A stretch of 64,000 nt of DNA from Octopus sinensis (Eukaryota), in NCBI RefSeq assembly GCF_006345805.1, contig NC_043011.1, positions 19,480,464 to 19,544,463 of the forward strand, written 5' to 3'. The notes under the pieces are model-generated. The model was not told the origin of the DNA. It saw only the letters and a list, made by a program, of their open reading frames with translations, and did no database searches. Below, piece by piece: positions 39,961 through 54,136 of the stretch. The position numbers and the translations under genes are program-made. The stretch's first letter is position 1; each line of letters begins with the position of its first letter.

Positions 39961-40864
39961 TTGTGGCTTCAACAGCATTAGTAGCTTGAAGCATTCTATT
40001 GCGAAGCAAACAGGCAAACGGTAATGCAGAGGAAGAATTACTGCTATGTTGTGATTCAATCAAATTTACTTGCCTCTGTTTCGGATGTTGGAAAGTTTGC
40101 AACAGAAGTCCAGAGTGCTACACTGCGTCATATATACTAAATCCTTAATATTGGACGCTGCATATTACGGTATTATTTTGAACATATATCTGTGTTCGGG
40201 CTCTCATCAGTCAGTTAATTAAGTGACTGTCATAGAGCTTGATAGTGACCAAACTGGAGCAAACAACGCCATGAAAACCTGGTTATTAAAATATAAAAGT
40301 ATTTCGTTATATTTGTGAAAGAGAATTCATCCAATACAAGTAATGGCTCGCTGGTATTCTAAAAGTTAGGAAAATTAAATTTTATAGAAATCATATTTAG
40401 TAATATGCTTACGGTCAACTCTAAAATTATGTTTCTAATAAAGCTGACACATGTAATATAAAGTGTATTTGATTACACTGCATAGCTATTGTAAATTATC
40501 GAACTTTGATATTTCTGTATTTTGCAATCACTGACAACCTTTCCAGTAATATAAAGAACAGCTGTTGAAATTAGCTGCTAATTCTATAGTTCTTATTCTC
40601 ATTCTACACGCAGCTGAGCATATTTCAAAATTCAAATTACCAGAAGAATTCCAACCTTTGTTAGGTATATACTAACTTATACAACACTAAAATATGTCGC
40701 CTTTTTGAGGATGGGATTTGAGGTAGCTTAAGACTCTGTTCTTGATAAAGCATTCAACTAGGTCCTTGTTGTAACGTTCCCATGATTTTGCGCATACTGG
40801 ACACGGAAATGGATCTCCGCCGATGTTTCTACCCTACACTGGAGATGTTTTGTTCCCAGGTCTT

Positions 40865-40994
40865 GGCGATTTGGGAAGAAGCTTGCTCCCCAACCACATG
40901 GTTTCAGATTTATTCTCATTACGTAGCACCTTCGGCCACTGTAGCATCACGGTGGCAAAATATTGGGAGTGGAACAGTTAGGCGCCCGTCGTAT
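40865..40994 (+). mobile_element. Family-A SINE head fragment
   Basis: AAGAAGCTTGCTCCCCAACCACATGGTTTCAG...GCCCGTCGTATA matches family A. Confidence 0.6.
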
Positions 40995-41500
40995 ATATAT
41001 ATTCATATTTCATGGTTGCTTGATCCTGGTGCATATATCATATGGTCATCGATCCCGCAGGCCGCCAACGCCTCCTTGTAAGCGGGAACCGCTGTGTCGA
41101 AAATATCTTTATTTGAAGATGTATTCGAAATCCGTTTACTGATACCTTTCATTAGGTTTTTGAACAGTAAGTTTAGGTGGTAGGAGTTTGTCTTGATGTA
41201 TGATGGTCTATCATTCGGTTTGCGTTTGGTCTGTAGGTGCTACTGTCTAAATCAAGCGGGATATCCAAGAAGTTCACCACGGTGAGGTTAGTCTCTATGA
41301 TGATTTTCAGGCAAAGGGTGTTGGGGGTGTATATGATATCTTTTATAAGCCTATCTAATGTATGCCCGTTGGCGCCTCCGGAAATGACTCAGGCATTATC
41401 TCTATATCAACTGATGTGGGCAGCGGGGAATTTATTACCCAGAGTGTCCAGAATGTAAAAGCCTATGAGGCTCTATTTTTTATAGGGTATACTCATTATT
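40990..41500 (-). mobile_element. Second Penelope-like RT fragment (different subfamily), degenerate
   Basis: YRDNA*VISGGANGHTLDRLIKDII, VNFLDIPLDL, HRPYIK and KRISNTSSNKDIFDTAVPAYKEALAACG. 41930-42320 may be its upstream part. Confidence 0.8.
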
Positions 41501-41544
41501 TGACTTACGAACTTGTACCGAAGGTATATATAAGTGTGTGTGTG

Positions 41545-41705
41545 TGACGTGTTTCATTCTGTTCTCGCCTACCAAATCTACTCACAAGGATTTAGTCAGC
41601 CCGAGACTTTAGTAGAAGGCACCCGCTGAAGATGCCTTGCAACAGAACTGAACCCCGAGCCATACTGTTGGCAAGCAAGCCTCTTACAAGAAAGCCACGC
41701 CTGCA
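41545..41705 (-). mobile_element. Diverged family-A SINE head
   Basis: CTACCAAATCTACTCACAAGGATTT...ACTGAACCCCGAGCCAT...GCCACGCCTGCACC is homologous to 4296-4460. Confidence 0.7.
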
Positions 41706-43505
41706 CCTATATGTGTGTGTGTCTGTGTATGTGTGCATCTCTGTGTTTTTGTGCGTGTGTGCGCATGTGTGTGTGTGTGTGTGTGTAAAACAGATAAAGA
41801 AAATAGAGCTTTTAACAATGCAGAAAGTTTTACGAAAGCTTCATTTTTCAGGTGCAAACGTCTATCCTCAGTAGGACGAAGTCAAAGAAATGCCTGCTTA
41901 CAGTCATTTCGTTACTTTATATTAAACTGCTCATCGCTTGACTTAGCTGCAGCAGCAACTTTGCAGCTGTTGGTGCAAGTGACTCTCCACCTTTTGTTTA
42001 TTGTGGCGAGTTTCCAAGTATCGGCACTGGAAGATGCTGTTCGTGACGTAATGTATGCATAGGAGTCGCCGGCCCATTTCTGAGCGACTGTTAATTTTCA
42101 GGTTGAGGAGATGAATCAATATATCCTCCTTGATGTAAAGATTTCCTGTTTTCATATCCGAGACCAGTACGAAGACGTGCGTGTATCTCTTTGGTGGTGT
42201 TGGTACATTTGGTTAAGCGTTTGCGTAGGGAAGACGCGTCAGGATGGAGGTGCTCCTCCATTTCGAAGTTGAGTGTTCGGACCTCGCTCCTAATGAAGCT
42301 GTTGTTACATTTGGATCATGGCATTTAATATACTATGTATGTAGGCAGGCATATTTTAGAGTCGCATATAGAGTAGTTCACCAGTGTACTTTTGTAATAA
42401 CCCCGAGGTAAACCGAAGAACTTACACTCAACGCCACCCTCAACTTCCGAAATGCTGTACTATGGAATATGAAAAAAGAAAGAATGACAGATACTTGTAA
42501 TACTCACAAAACTAACATACAAAATTTGCGTTATGAAAAAATGAATGAATACTTAACAATTAACAGTATGTATTCCATTCTTCCTTCTTGAATGAAATCA
42601 GCAAGCCGTGTTGCCTCTTGTAAATAAATGCATTGGTTATTATGATGCTTTATATGTTTATGAGAGTAGATTGCATGTATAGATTATTGACATGGATTGT
42701 CAGGAATGAATTGATTATGCTACTAATTAACGAGTTTGGATTAGTTGTGTTATAAGTTGAAACCCCGAAGACACTCTATCACCTTATAATGAATTTTCTA
42801 TGTTTCAACTGTTAACCTAATGCCTGTTGTTTGATCAATATTTTGTTTCAATTTCATGCCTACGTATTTGTTCGGAAATATCTCATTGTTATCACAAGTA
42901 TATTAATGGACTATCAAGATTTTCTTATATAAGTATTTTTTCCACACGCGTTGTAAGTAGTGTACACTACTTTTTCTCTCAGTAATGCAAAACAAATTTA
43001 TGTATATTGAATTTTCCTAGGTCTGGACCTTCAATAGACATATGAAGAAAATTTGCAGGAAATATTATATATTTACGAAGAACGAAGCACGTTAATATAT
43101 ATTTCATTATATATTTATTGAAATATCAAATATCAGTTTAAAGCAGATTCTTCATAGAGTTTATGAAATAATAAAATGGAAACAACTCATTTGAGCCAAT
43201 GATATAAATTTAGATAAATATTTATTGGTGAGAACCTGAAGGACCTGAACAAAAAAATGTTAATTACTTCCAGTTTCCTTTAATTTGAGTAAAGGAAGCA
43301 AAACCTTAAGCGAATAATATGTTTTGTGAGGAGGTTCTGTAGACGTGCAGTAATTCAGAATATATTCTCTGGAGTGTTTGACTAGTTTTACCCCCATAAT
43401 ACATATAAAATATATAAAAGCGCCCTGTACGTAAACATAGACCTAAAGATTCCAAGATGAAAATGTGATTACATTTCCATACTTGTCTGTGGAATGTATG
43501 CGTGC

Positions 43506-43550
<45 letters not shown>

Positions 43551-46500
43551 TGTGTGTGTGGTGTGTGTGTGTGTCTGTGTGTGTGTGTCTGTGTGTTTGT
43601 ATGTGCGTGTATGTTCTGTGAATGAGAGAGAGAGAGAGACGGAGAAAGAATCTATATTTTTTAAGTTACACGTGTGTATAATATATGACGTAACGGCAGC
43701 TATATCGCGTTACCGGGTTATAGTTGGCTATAAATCTGTGTTGTCATTGAATTTTATTTGTTATTTACTTGATGATAAGGCAGTCAACTGACAGGGTTGT
43801 TAATGCTTTGGGCAGATTTCTTCGTCATCTTTATTTATCTGCATTTTGTTTATTTTTCTGCATTCTCTCCTCTTTTGGAGGTCGATAAAACTTTCAAACT
43901 AGGATGATGGTTTTGCTAAAAGCGTAACCCGATCGAGTAAGACATCTTTGGAAACTATGTTGGTTCTTTGCTTTCTAACAATATTGACCATGCTCTTCAA
44001 TAATCACTGATAGCCTGAAGGGAAGTAACTTGCGATGATGAGTATACGCCTGGCGTCCTCAAAATATATTGCTAATACCTCACATTCAAGTAAAGGTAGT
44101 CAGTAAACCTTGAATGATATAGACCATCTAAATCATGAGACAAATACGTTTTGTTGAACTGTTTTCAATATATTTGTGATCTAACGTTTAGCTTTAGAAG
44201 GTATATCGTTCGAAATATAACATCGACTAATTTATAAAATGGTTTCATCTTGAAAGTTTCCATTGAGTTGATACATTTTCGATAAATTCTTAGTTATGAC
44301 TGATTGTTAGTAGAAAGAGTTGAAATATTTTTAAAAGATATAATTTTCATTTGTATTTTTGTACAAGGTTTGCAGCTATATTTTATTAAATGTTCTAGGT
44401 GTATCTAAAATTAATAAAATTATTACAACTATGGGATTAGATATTTCTTCATACTTTAAACTACTGAGATATTTTGGGGATTATAAAGAGAAATTATTTC
44501 TGCAAACTGCGAACACTCAGAGTGAGATGAAGTTGTTTACAAGTACTTCTGATAAAATATCCTCAATGAGAGGAACTATATTTATTCATTTAGATAATGG
44601 CACCTTAATTAGTGGGGGCATGCTGTTTGCAAAAATACCAGTAAAGCGCGCGTTGCTAAAACATACATTAACCTGCATATTTTAGTTTGATAAACATATC
44701 TTAAAGTGTCTTGTACAAAAGGAATCAATTCTACTCCCCTCAGTATGTATTGTCTTTATATTACTTCAACACAAACAGATAACTTGAGACTTCTTGTTAT
44801 GTGTGTTCCTGAGTAATAAGCATTGGAATCAATTATCTGCATTTCAGGAATTTCAGTAGTGCCACACATAATTTAATATGAGATATTTGCGAATTTGATC
44901 CAAGAGTTTCAGCGGTGCTATAAGCAGTTTTATCAATCGTACATGTATGAATCGATTCATACTTTATTCACACATATATAACAAACCAGACACCATATCT
45001 AACGTTCATGTAAATAAATGGTAAAATTTGATTTAACACACAAGATTTCGTCCGATGGAAGAAGACACAAGACCAAAGAATCGAACCTTGGCGTTGAACC
45101 GAAACGTACGTTTGCTGAGAAGCAGATTAAATAGAAAACTATTTGGACATCCATTGATTACCATTTATAGCGAGAAAGCATGTTACTATAGACAAACACA
45201 AACACACATATACACTCATACATACACACACGCAGACACACTCAACTGTGCTGAAAATATGTTATTGATTTCTATCAGTAACATAACTGAATATTCTTTA
45301 ATAACTTCAATTTATTCCATTATCTCAAGATGTTATTCCCAAAGTATTTCTTCAAATAGATTAATCCCCAAATTTATCAAATACATCTATAAAATGTTAC
45401 TCTATGCATTGAATTCAAGATATAGTGGTTAGAGAAAGATATAAAATAAAAAATATTGCTACGCTTTAAAGGACCATGAAATACCTAAGCAGACAGCGTG
45501 ATCAGTGCAGCAGATAAGTTACAAAATGTAATTTTAGTTTTAACGTTTATATAACCATTTTACATTTCAAAATGTAATGGATTCGCATTTTTCGAAATTG
45601 GGCATTTACATATAATCAGAATACTTCATTTCATAGTTTGTTGCCATTCAAGAACTAATTTCTGCGTGGCAGGTAAGAAATTACTTTAAAGGAAAATCAG
45701 ACTCTCGGTTGATCCACCTTCATAGGACTTAATATATTTGAGAAAAATCATCCTGTTCTTAGATATAATACAGCCGTCGCGAAGGTAGTGTCTTTTACTT
45801 GCGAAACACTAAACCAACGCGACCATACCCTCTGTCTTAAATTGGAAGGATAAGCTATTCTATTTCTAGCGGCTAGGTGAATATTATGGCTTGCTTCTGA
45901 GGGCTCTTATGTGTTTGGAATATGTGTGTGTGTGTTTGTATGTGTGTGTGTGTCCGCGCGCGTGTATGTGTATGTGTGTATGTAGATATATGTGTATGTG
46001 TGCATATATGTATTTATCTATCTGTCAATCAATGTATATACATATATGTATACGCAATAAATATATATATGTATGTATATATGTATGTATGTATGTATTT
46101 ATGCATGTATGTATGTAGGTAGGTAGGTAGCTAGGTAGGTAGGTATATTGCTTTTATGTAGTTAAGTATGTATGTATATATGATGAGACACATCGAAAAT
46201 AAACAGTAAAACAATATAAGTCAAAATGATGTGACTATATTACGTTAACATGGAATAAAATTGGAATGTATTACACTTGGAGAATATTGATTCCTTTCTT
46301 AGTCAGAAAGGAGAAAAAGGAAAGGTCCACAGAGAAATAAACAAATAGCCCAAGAAAATCACGGGTGTGTTTACATATCTGAAGTGATCGGATACAGAGT
46401 GCAGGAAACGCATATACTAGTTAATCCTATGAATACATATTTAAAAGTAAATTCAAAGTGCGGAATTTAATTTGTGATATGAATGGTAATTTAGTCATTA

Positions 46501-46800
46501 ATTTTTATGAGTTTAAGAAATGTTACCTATAGCAGACGCGTTCTGAATTTAAGATATTATGTTGGTGGTATATGAGTTCGAAGTGATTTTACTACTACTA
46601 TAATCATTTCTTAAATATAGCCACGAAACACGTGTCGTTATTCTACCAATTATATACGCTTTTATTATTTTTTTGGCAATTTACTGAATCATTGATATTT
46701 TAATGTTATTTTAATTTTAATATTTCCATTATATGTAATTTTCTAGATGGTGTAATTTAATTGTTCATTTTGAACTGATAAAATGTGGTTGTTTCTAATT

Positions 46801-46833
<33 letters not shown>

Positions 46834-47285
46834 ACTACAACCACAAATTTTCAGTCATACGCATTAATTTAAGTTGGAGGAATGAGCGCCACTTGATATT
46901 ATTGTAAACAATAATATCCTTATATATATTTTTTTTTCATAATTTATTATTCCCTCCGATCACATTTTAAAATTTGCCGCGGCATTAAAAACGGTCATCG
47001 CGCATATTTGTTGTCATGGGCAAGTTCTATGACAGTGAGAGTCGCTGACGGGACCTATGTGGCTCTTCCACAAAGTTCGAAATCGTGGGGATTCGGGTAT
47101 GTCCGGCTTTTCAATTTACGATTATTTTCGTCATTGGTACGGGGCCTTAGGATTTCTGTTCATTCCCCCGACTTCAATTAATGTGTATCTGTGAAAATTT
47201 CTGGTTGTATTTGTCTTATGCCGGTGGTATCTGTAGTACCCTTAATTATCCATTATACACACAGGCACAGACACAGACACAGACA

Positions 47286-47327
<42 letters not shown>

Positions 47328-47356
47328 ACACACACACACACACATATGTATATATA

Positions 47357-47397
<41 letters not shown>

Positions 47398-47704
47398 TTC
47401 ACATATAATATGGAGAGACTCATACGTATATAAGACTTCCTATCATTTATATCTTATACTCTTTACTGTTCTAAGTCTGCAGCCATCCCCGGGCACTGCC
47501 TTGAAAAGAATTTTCATCGGACGAATTGACGTCTCAGTACTTCTCCTTTGAAGTCGAAGCGCTAAGTAAAGAAACATATGAACACCAATTGTGCAGCGGT
47601 AGTGTTGGAAAAGCACAGACACAAAAAATATTGAAACATACACACATATGCACACAAAACACACACACACACACACACACAAATGCATATTTCTACATCA
47701 TATA

Positions 47705-47820
47705 TATACACGACAACCTTTTAGTTTCCGTCCAACAAATCCACTCAAATGTCAACCAGTTGGACTGTACACGGAACATTGAGGTTGGGAAGTAAACTTC
47801 GTACCATATAGCCACGCCAT
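47705..47820 (-). mobile_element. Internally deleted family-A SINE head
   Basis: TTTCCGTCCAACAAATCCACTCA...TAGCCACGCC. Confidence 0.55.
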
Positions 47821-50800
47821 ATTTATAGAGAGAGGGTGAAACACTGAGAAGGGGAGAGAGAGAGTGACAGAGAGAGAGAGAGAGAAAGTGCAAAATCAGG
47901 AACAAATGCCTTCAATATCAAGAATATTTTTTGTTAATATATCAATAAAATATTTTTTGTATATTACTGTCCACTAGATCAAATGAAAAATTCAATAATC
48001 CAACAAATCTCAAATAACCAAGAAGAGTAACTGAGCATCAATCATGAAATCATATATTCACACATTTTCTCGACTGGTAAGAGAAACTTCGTGCTGAATA
48101 ATTTACCGCCGACTTTCATCGTGTCCGCGATGAAACAATATATGAAAACTAAAACCAAATTGTGTTGCATATAGTTCTCTCTAATTATTTGCGAAAATGA
48201 CACAATCAAAATTTCATGAGTAGGTAGGTAATAACGTCTCAATGTGAATGGAAGTATATGTGTGTTTCTATGAATAGGTAAAGAAATAGATCGATTGTCC
48301 CATAGATATATGACAGACTGACTGTCAAATAACAAACCCTTGTGTGTATGCTGGCGCGCGCGTGTGCGTATTATTAAACTGAAATTGCACGGCTGTTTGT
48401 AAACAAATACGTCGAGATATGATTAAAGTACATCGACATTTTGATGTGAGCGTATGGAAAAAAAACCCTGAAAAATATCGTAGCAAATACTTGCATCCTT
48501 CATTCTATCTCAATTTCTGTCTGTCTCCACATCTTTCTTTTTCTTTTTTCTCTCACTCTTTATCGCACTCTCTCACTTTCACTCTCTTACTCTCTCACTC
48601 TCTCTCTCTTACTCTCTCTCTCTCTCTCTCTCGCTCTCTCTCTCGCTCTCTGTATGCGTGGTGTTTAATCAAAAGTTTCATTCGCGCTTCGCCTTTAAAC
48701 TACTGAAAACGGAATGGAGCTAGCTTTAACGCAGATAGTCTTAAATTGTTCCCTATTTTATCTGCTTATATGTGCTCTTGTATATACCTGCACAAGTGAA
48801 TGAAGAAACATTATAAAGGAGAATAAATATACAGATAAATAATCAATTGGATAAAACGCCAATCATGTTTTGTAGCTGGGCATAGTGATCCATATTAATC
48901 TTATTTATTACACAGAACTTCAAACACATCTACGCAAAAGCATTATATTGATAGAACATTGCAGCCACCATCCTTCAATAATACAACATCTTTTCACTAG
49001 TGTAAGCCTGAGATTTTCCGAAATGTTGTCTGAAAATCAATGCCTGACAACCTTTAGGCGAATAGTTTCCATAAAATTTATAAATACCCAACGAATCAAA
49101 CTGTATAAAACAAAACAAATACGAGCCTCACCTTGTTTATTCCTCACTTCAACCACCCATTGTAGGAAGACAAACTCACACATAGAAGGATAAATCAATT
49201 ACTGCACATGTATCTCGTCTGTCAATCAACTGACTATATTCGGCAGCACATAGGGTTAGAACAGAATTAAAACCTTTGTATCGTTTGGATGGCTGGGAAT
49301 TGACGAACTGACGTAGGTAAACCCGAGAGTCAAAACAAATTTCGAAACGTAATCTATATACGAAACTATTTTAAAATATCATTCGCTTCAATCGTCAACA
49401 AATTTCTAAATATGCTACATGCACATGCAAATATATAATGAATATATTACGTTTCTGGAAGAATTATTTCTTTCATTGTTTTATCTGTTTCATAAATAAT
49501 GTTCTATTTGTAATATTAGAAACGTCTCAAAAGTGACTTCTCCAGAAATTGTATTTAAACGAATGATATGGAAAACATATTTTTATTCAAATGGACACAA
49601 ATAATAATCTCACGGATTTTTTCAGAAAGTACTGATAAACTATTAGGATAAACTATTAGGATTTCCTCTTTCTTTCTATTAAGTGTTGTTTTGAATATTC
49701 TCCATGAAGTCATAGTGTCTCATGCATCTTAAATTTCAAAATCAATGGAAATTACACTTCAAATCCGATATAGAACATTTGCAAGAATTAGAGGTGACAT
49801 TATGCATACGGAAAGAGTCTATTATTCGTTTCTTCTAAGCATGATTTTTGAAGAAAAATTTCAGTTGAAAAGGCATTTTAATTTCCTATACCGTATATTT
49901 TCGTGTCCTGTAGTATGGAAAAATAAATGACATGGATAACTAATTCAAGCTTCTGTAAAATGTACAAGAGTTTAACGGAAACGACTTTATATATTACATT
50001 AAAACAGTAACATGAATATCGATATTCATTTGAATGATGTAGGGTTGTTTTTACTTGGATTAACATTCAAATGTGTTTCATGACATGTTAAATATATGGA
50101 AGTGGTATTATCAAGGAGTGATCGACGATGAGTGTGTCTGTATAATGTGTTAACTCGGTTTACGTTGGCTGCTATACAAAACGTTAAATGCGTTTAATTT
50201 GACTTACACAATAAGTTATTTCACATAAAACCCATTAGGTAAGGTGAGGTGTATCTCATTTTTCATATTTCAGTGATACTAGGCAAATTGTTTAACCGCA
50301 AATGGTAATTCTGCTTTATTATACCTAAACGTATAATTCTTTTAATCGACATTAGCACCATACTGATGATGCTGTAATCGTATTGCACATCGCGTTCAAA
50401 CTGAATTATCAATTACTAGGAGACAAAATAATTTCTTATATATAGAGAGAGATTTGCTATATCTTTGTATGAAACCCAATAGGCCTCATTTAGACATATA
50501 TGAGACAGGTGCTAAAAAGACCCAGATTCAATTACTACTGAAATAAGCTTCTTAATTACACACAGATAGAAACTCAGTTGAATTCAGCCGGTGGTTTTAA
50601 TGATGTAAAGGAAACGTCGATTGCTGCTATTCATATGTATATCATCGAAATATTTTGAAGCGGTATTCGTTTAACATAATGTGATTAAAAAACATTTCGC
50701 ATAAATGTAAATATTTTTGCATCATATGTATGAGATTCTAAAGAGGGGCACGCCAAAATCCTTCGTTTTATTGTGCATATTACGTAATTACATAAATAAT

Positions 50801-51509
50801 AGGAAAGGACGGAAGTAAACGTTTGAATGATTTGTTGCTTGAACATTATCATTACCCGATGATAATGTTCAGACAAAATTCAGAAAAAAACTACGAGAAA
50901 TTCTATATTGTAACGTTTATTTACAACATGATGCGTGTAAATATAATTAAAAAAATACATGGTTATATAAACAAATTTTACGGTTAAATTGTCCCCAATT
51001 AATTTGATTTGCTTAAATTTATATTTGGAAAATCAATTATCTCCGAAATATATTATTAGCAGAGTACAATTCAATGAGATCATGTTTGAAGTTTACTTAA
51101 AGTAGATTTGTTACGGTTAAGATTATATAGAAATGGTTGTATATATGAATTAAATCTTTCTATGACCGAGATCACGTGAGATGAAAGCTAACTGGCTGTT
51201 AACTTGAATTTTAAGCACATCTGCAGCCAGGAGACAACTGATTATAAAAATATGTTTGTTGTATACTAAACTTTAACTGATTTGAATTATTTCGTTAAAC
51301 CGATACAGTATTCTTTTATACGTTAGGAACAAATTAATTTATAACTGAATTAGTGAAAAGTCATCTTAGCGTATAAATAAATAATAACTATCGAAGTCTA
51401 TTTGACGGTGAACGTTTTATGTTGTGATTATTTTGGAAGTGCTTTATACAATGCATATGAACACTAGTTAGACACTTCAATGTGGGGCCATGTTAAAAGT
51501 TTTATATAC

Positions 51510-51543
<34 letters not shown>

Positions 51544-51731
51544 CTGTGTGTCTGTGTCTGTGTGTGTGTATGTATGTATATATACATATGTATATATATA
51601 TATAAATTAAAATCAAAATGAGCGTGCAAAATTGGATATTAATTTTATAACATCAATTTAACACCAGTGGTCTAGCACATAAAAAACTGAGATTCAGTAA
51701 ATAGCATTTTATACATAAATAGTAGAAGGAA

Positions 51732-51816
51732 CCACTATGTGGAAACCCTTACGCTAGAAGAAGATCCGCTTAGTGGTTGAGACCATAGAGGATCATCTAG
51801 CGTTTCCACATAGTGG
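51732..51816. repeat. 85-bp palindromic element with perfect 15-bp terminal inverted repeats
   Basis: CCACTATGTGGAAAC (51732-51746) and GTTTCCACATAGTGG (51802-51816); pairing continues inward across bulges (GCTAGA/TCTAGC, GATCC/GGATC). Confidence 0.85.
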
Positions 51817-51868
51817 CTCCCTCTTATATTTATGTATATGCATGTATACATATGTATATATATATATG

Positions 51869-51943
<75 letters not shown>

Positions 51944-51947
51944 GTGT

Positions 51948-52260
51948 GTGGAGGCGCAATGGTCCAGTGGCTAGGGCAGCAGACTCGCCGTTGTAGGATC
52001 GCAGTTTCGATTCCCAGACCGGGTGTTGTGAGTGTTTATTGAGCGAAAACACCTAAAGCTCCACGCGGCTCCGGCAGGGGGCGGTGGAAATGCCTGCTGT
52101 ACTCTTTCGCCATAACTTTCTCTCGCTCTTTCTTCTGTTGGCCTGCTTGCTTAGCCAGCGGGGTGGCGTCATTTGAAGGCTATAACAATGCGAAGCGCAT
52201 TGTGACCAGCGATGTGTAGCAACATCTGATAACCTGGTCGGTCACGGTGATCACGGTGAT
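51948..52260 (+). mobile_element. tRNA-derived SINE (family C) with RTE-like 3' tail
   Basis: A-box-like TGGTCCAGTGG and B-box-like GTTTCGATTCC. The 3' end TGTGACCAGCG...CTGGTCGGT(CACGGTGAT)2 matches the RTE LINE end at 32207-32267. Confidence 0.85.
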
Positions 52261-53789
52261 ATATATATATATATTTGTTCTTCATTACTCCCAGTAAAGT
52301 TGATTTATATGGATTTCAGTTATTCATTTCTTCCTAAATCAGGATTGATAAATTTATAGTGTAATTCATACATACCGTCTATCATGTCAGATATACCTAA
52401 ATTATTGTTGTATTTAGGAATGGTCATTTTGCCAGTTTAGCCAAAAAGAAACACACGTACTATATATTTGGTGTTACTTTGCTTCAGCGTTATTTATTTT
52501 TTTACATTAATCTTAATCTTATTTCGGCCAGAGTTCTTTCGTCACACTTCTGTGACCTCATCACTGGTCCTTTGCTTGATGTGTATTTGCTAAACTGGCA
52601 AAATGACCATTCCTATATACAACAATATATGTTTCAACACACGATTTCACATCAACAATCTTGCACAACACATATATATATATATCTAAATTATTTTCAT
52701 TGTACTTATCTTTTGTGTTTGCGTATCCTGGAAGCCAAGTTATTAGAAGAGAAGGCATAATGGATTGCTTGATTTCTGTTCATGTATTGTCAGAGATAAA
52801 TTCGTAATAGCTTGATGAAGAGTTGTAATTAACGATGGTTCTCTTTAGCATTGCTTCTACTACTTCGTAATCCAGCCAACACGTGAAATCATAAATTTAC
52901 GTACGATAACGGTTTCGAAATGTGACGAAAGTATTATGACTGTTTCGAAATATGACGAAAAAATATGCATTCGGGTAACTTTATGTGCATCCAGGTAATA
53001 TTGTCCACCACAGACATCAGCTCATAACATAGATGCAAATAGCAGCGACACTATTATTCATTTTACATATAACGTAGCGACCCAAACTAGAAAACTCATT
53101 CGAGTCGCAACATTGTCTAACCTTAAAGTCAAGAGAAAGATTCATTTTGTTGCCCGTCGGTGGCAACATTGTGCCATGTCTAACATACGCAAATCCTTTT
53201 GTTGCCCGTCTGTGGGAAAATATGACCATGTCTGAGATAAGCACAGAAATGAGATAGAATTTCTGGCATCAAGTGCTGATGTAGTGTATAGAGAGGCACA
53301 CAATGCCCAACACTTTGCATATATTTATTATATGGTAACTCGCATTTGATAGCAAATATTTTCGCATCTCAGGTTCTTGATGATCACTGAGATAATTCCA
53401 TCTTTCTGTTTCATCGATTTCCTGATCCAAGGCAAACTGTATTTATGGTGAAATTCAATTAGATATTATCCTTCTGGCAAGAAGTGTTTCAGAAACGGTA
53501 AGTATATATATATGTTGTGTGGTTACGCTTGTGTCTACGGGATTGTTCTCACACAAAGGGTGTTGTACATTCCGGTAGTTTCGCTTGTTTCACTTTTCAC
53601 ATGTATGTTTTGTGTATTTGTGGCTCCTGATCAATCAGTGGTCAAGCAATACGAGGGGAAGCTTTTCAAGTCGCTTCTCACCAATCAAAGATGTTAAGGT
53701 AAGTGAATGTGCACACTTGTTAATATGCTTCCAAAACATCGAGTATTCGCACGTTTTATACTAACTTACCTGTTATTGACTTTGAAACA

Positions 53790-53953
53790 TCAATATAAAG
53801 AAGAAGTTGCTGAAGTGTTCCTGGTTTTGGATTAAAGAGATTACAGAATGATCATTTATGACTGTATTCTGTAAAAGAACTCGTAATATTGGACCTCCTA
53901 CCAGGACTTTCGCAACACCATTGAAGCCCGGAACTTTTCAGAAGGCCCTCGTA
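53790..53953. mobile_element. Mariner-type terminal fragment
   Basis: Ends CCCGGAACTTTTCAGAAGGCCCTCGTA-TA, whose reverse complement TACGAGGG.. is a mariner-like TIR next to TA. Confidence 0.55.
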
Positions 53954-54067
53954 TATATATGTGTGTGAGTGTGTGTATGTGTGCGTATATACACACACAC
54001 ACACATATATATATAAACATACAAACATATTTAAATAAATATGTATGCAGATATGTAGGAAGGGAAG

Positions 54068-54133
54068 TAGGTAGGTAGGTAGGTAGGTAGGTAGGTAGGT
54101 AGGTAGGTAGGTAGGTAGGTAGGTAGGTAGGTT
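54068..54133. repeat. (GGTA)n microsatellite
   Basis: Directly visible. Confidence 0.95.
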
Positions 54134-54136
54134 TAT

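Noticed and set aside
44359-44685. 108-aa ORF; similarly 9319-9624, 28375-28764 and 45055-45432
   Set aside because: No recognisable domain or splice context; lengths are within chance expectation for 64 kb in six frames.
53104-53240. CRISPR-like repeat-spacer pattern
   Set aside because: Only about two degenerate copies, no unique spacers, no cas genes, and a eukaryotic context.
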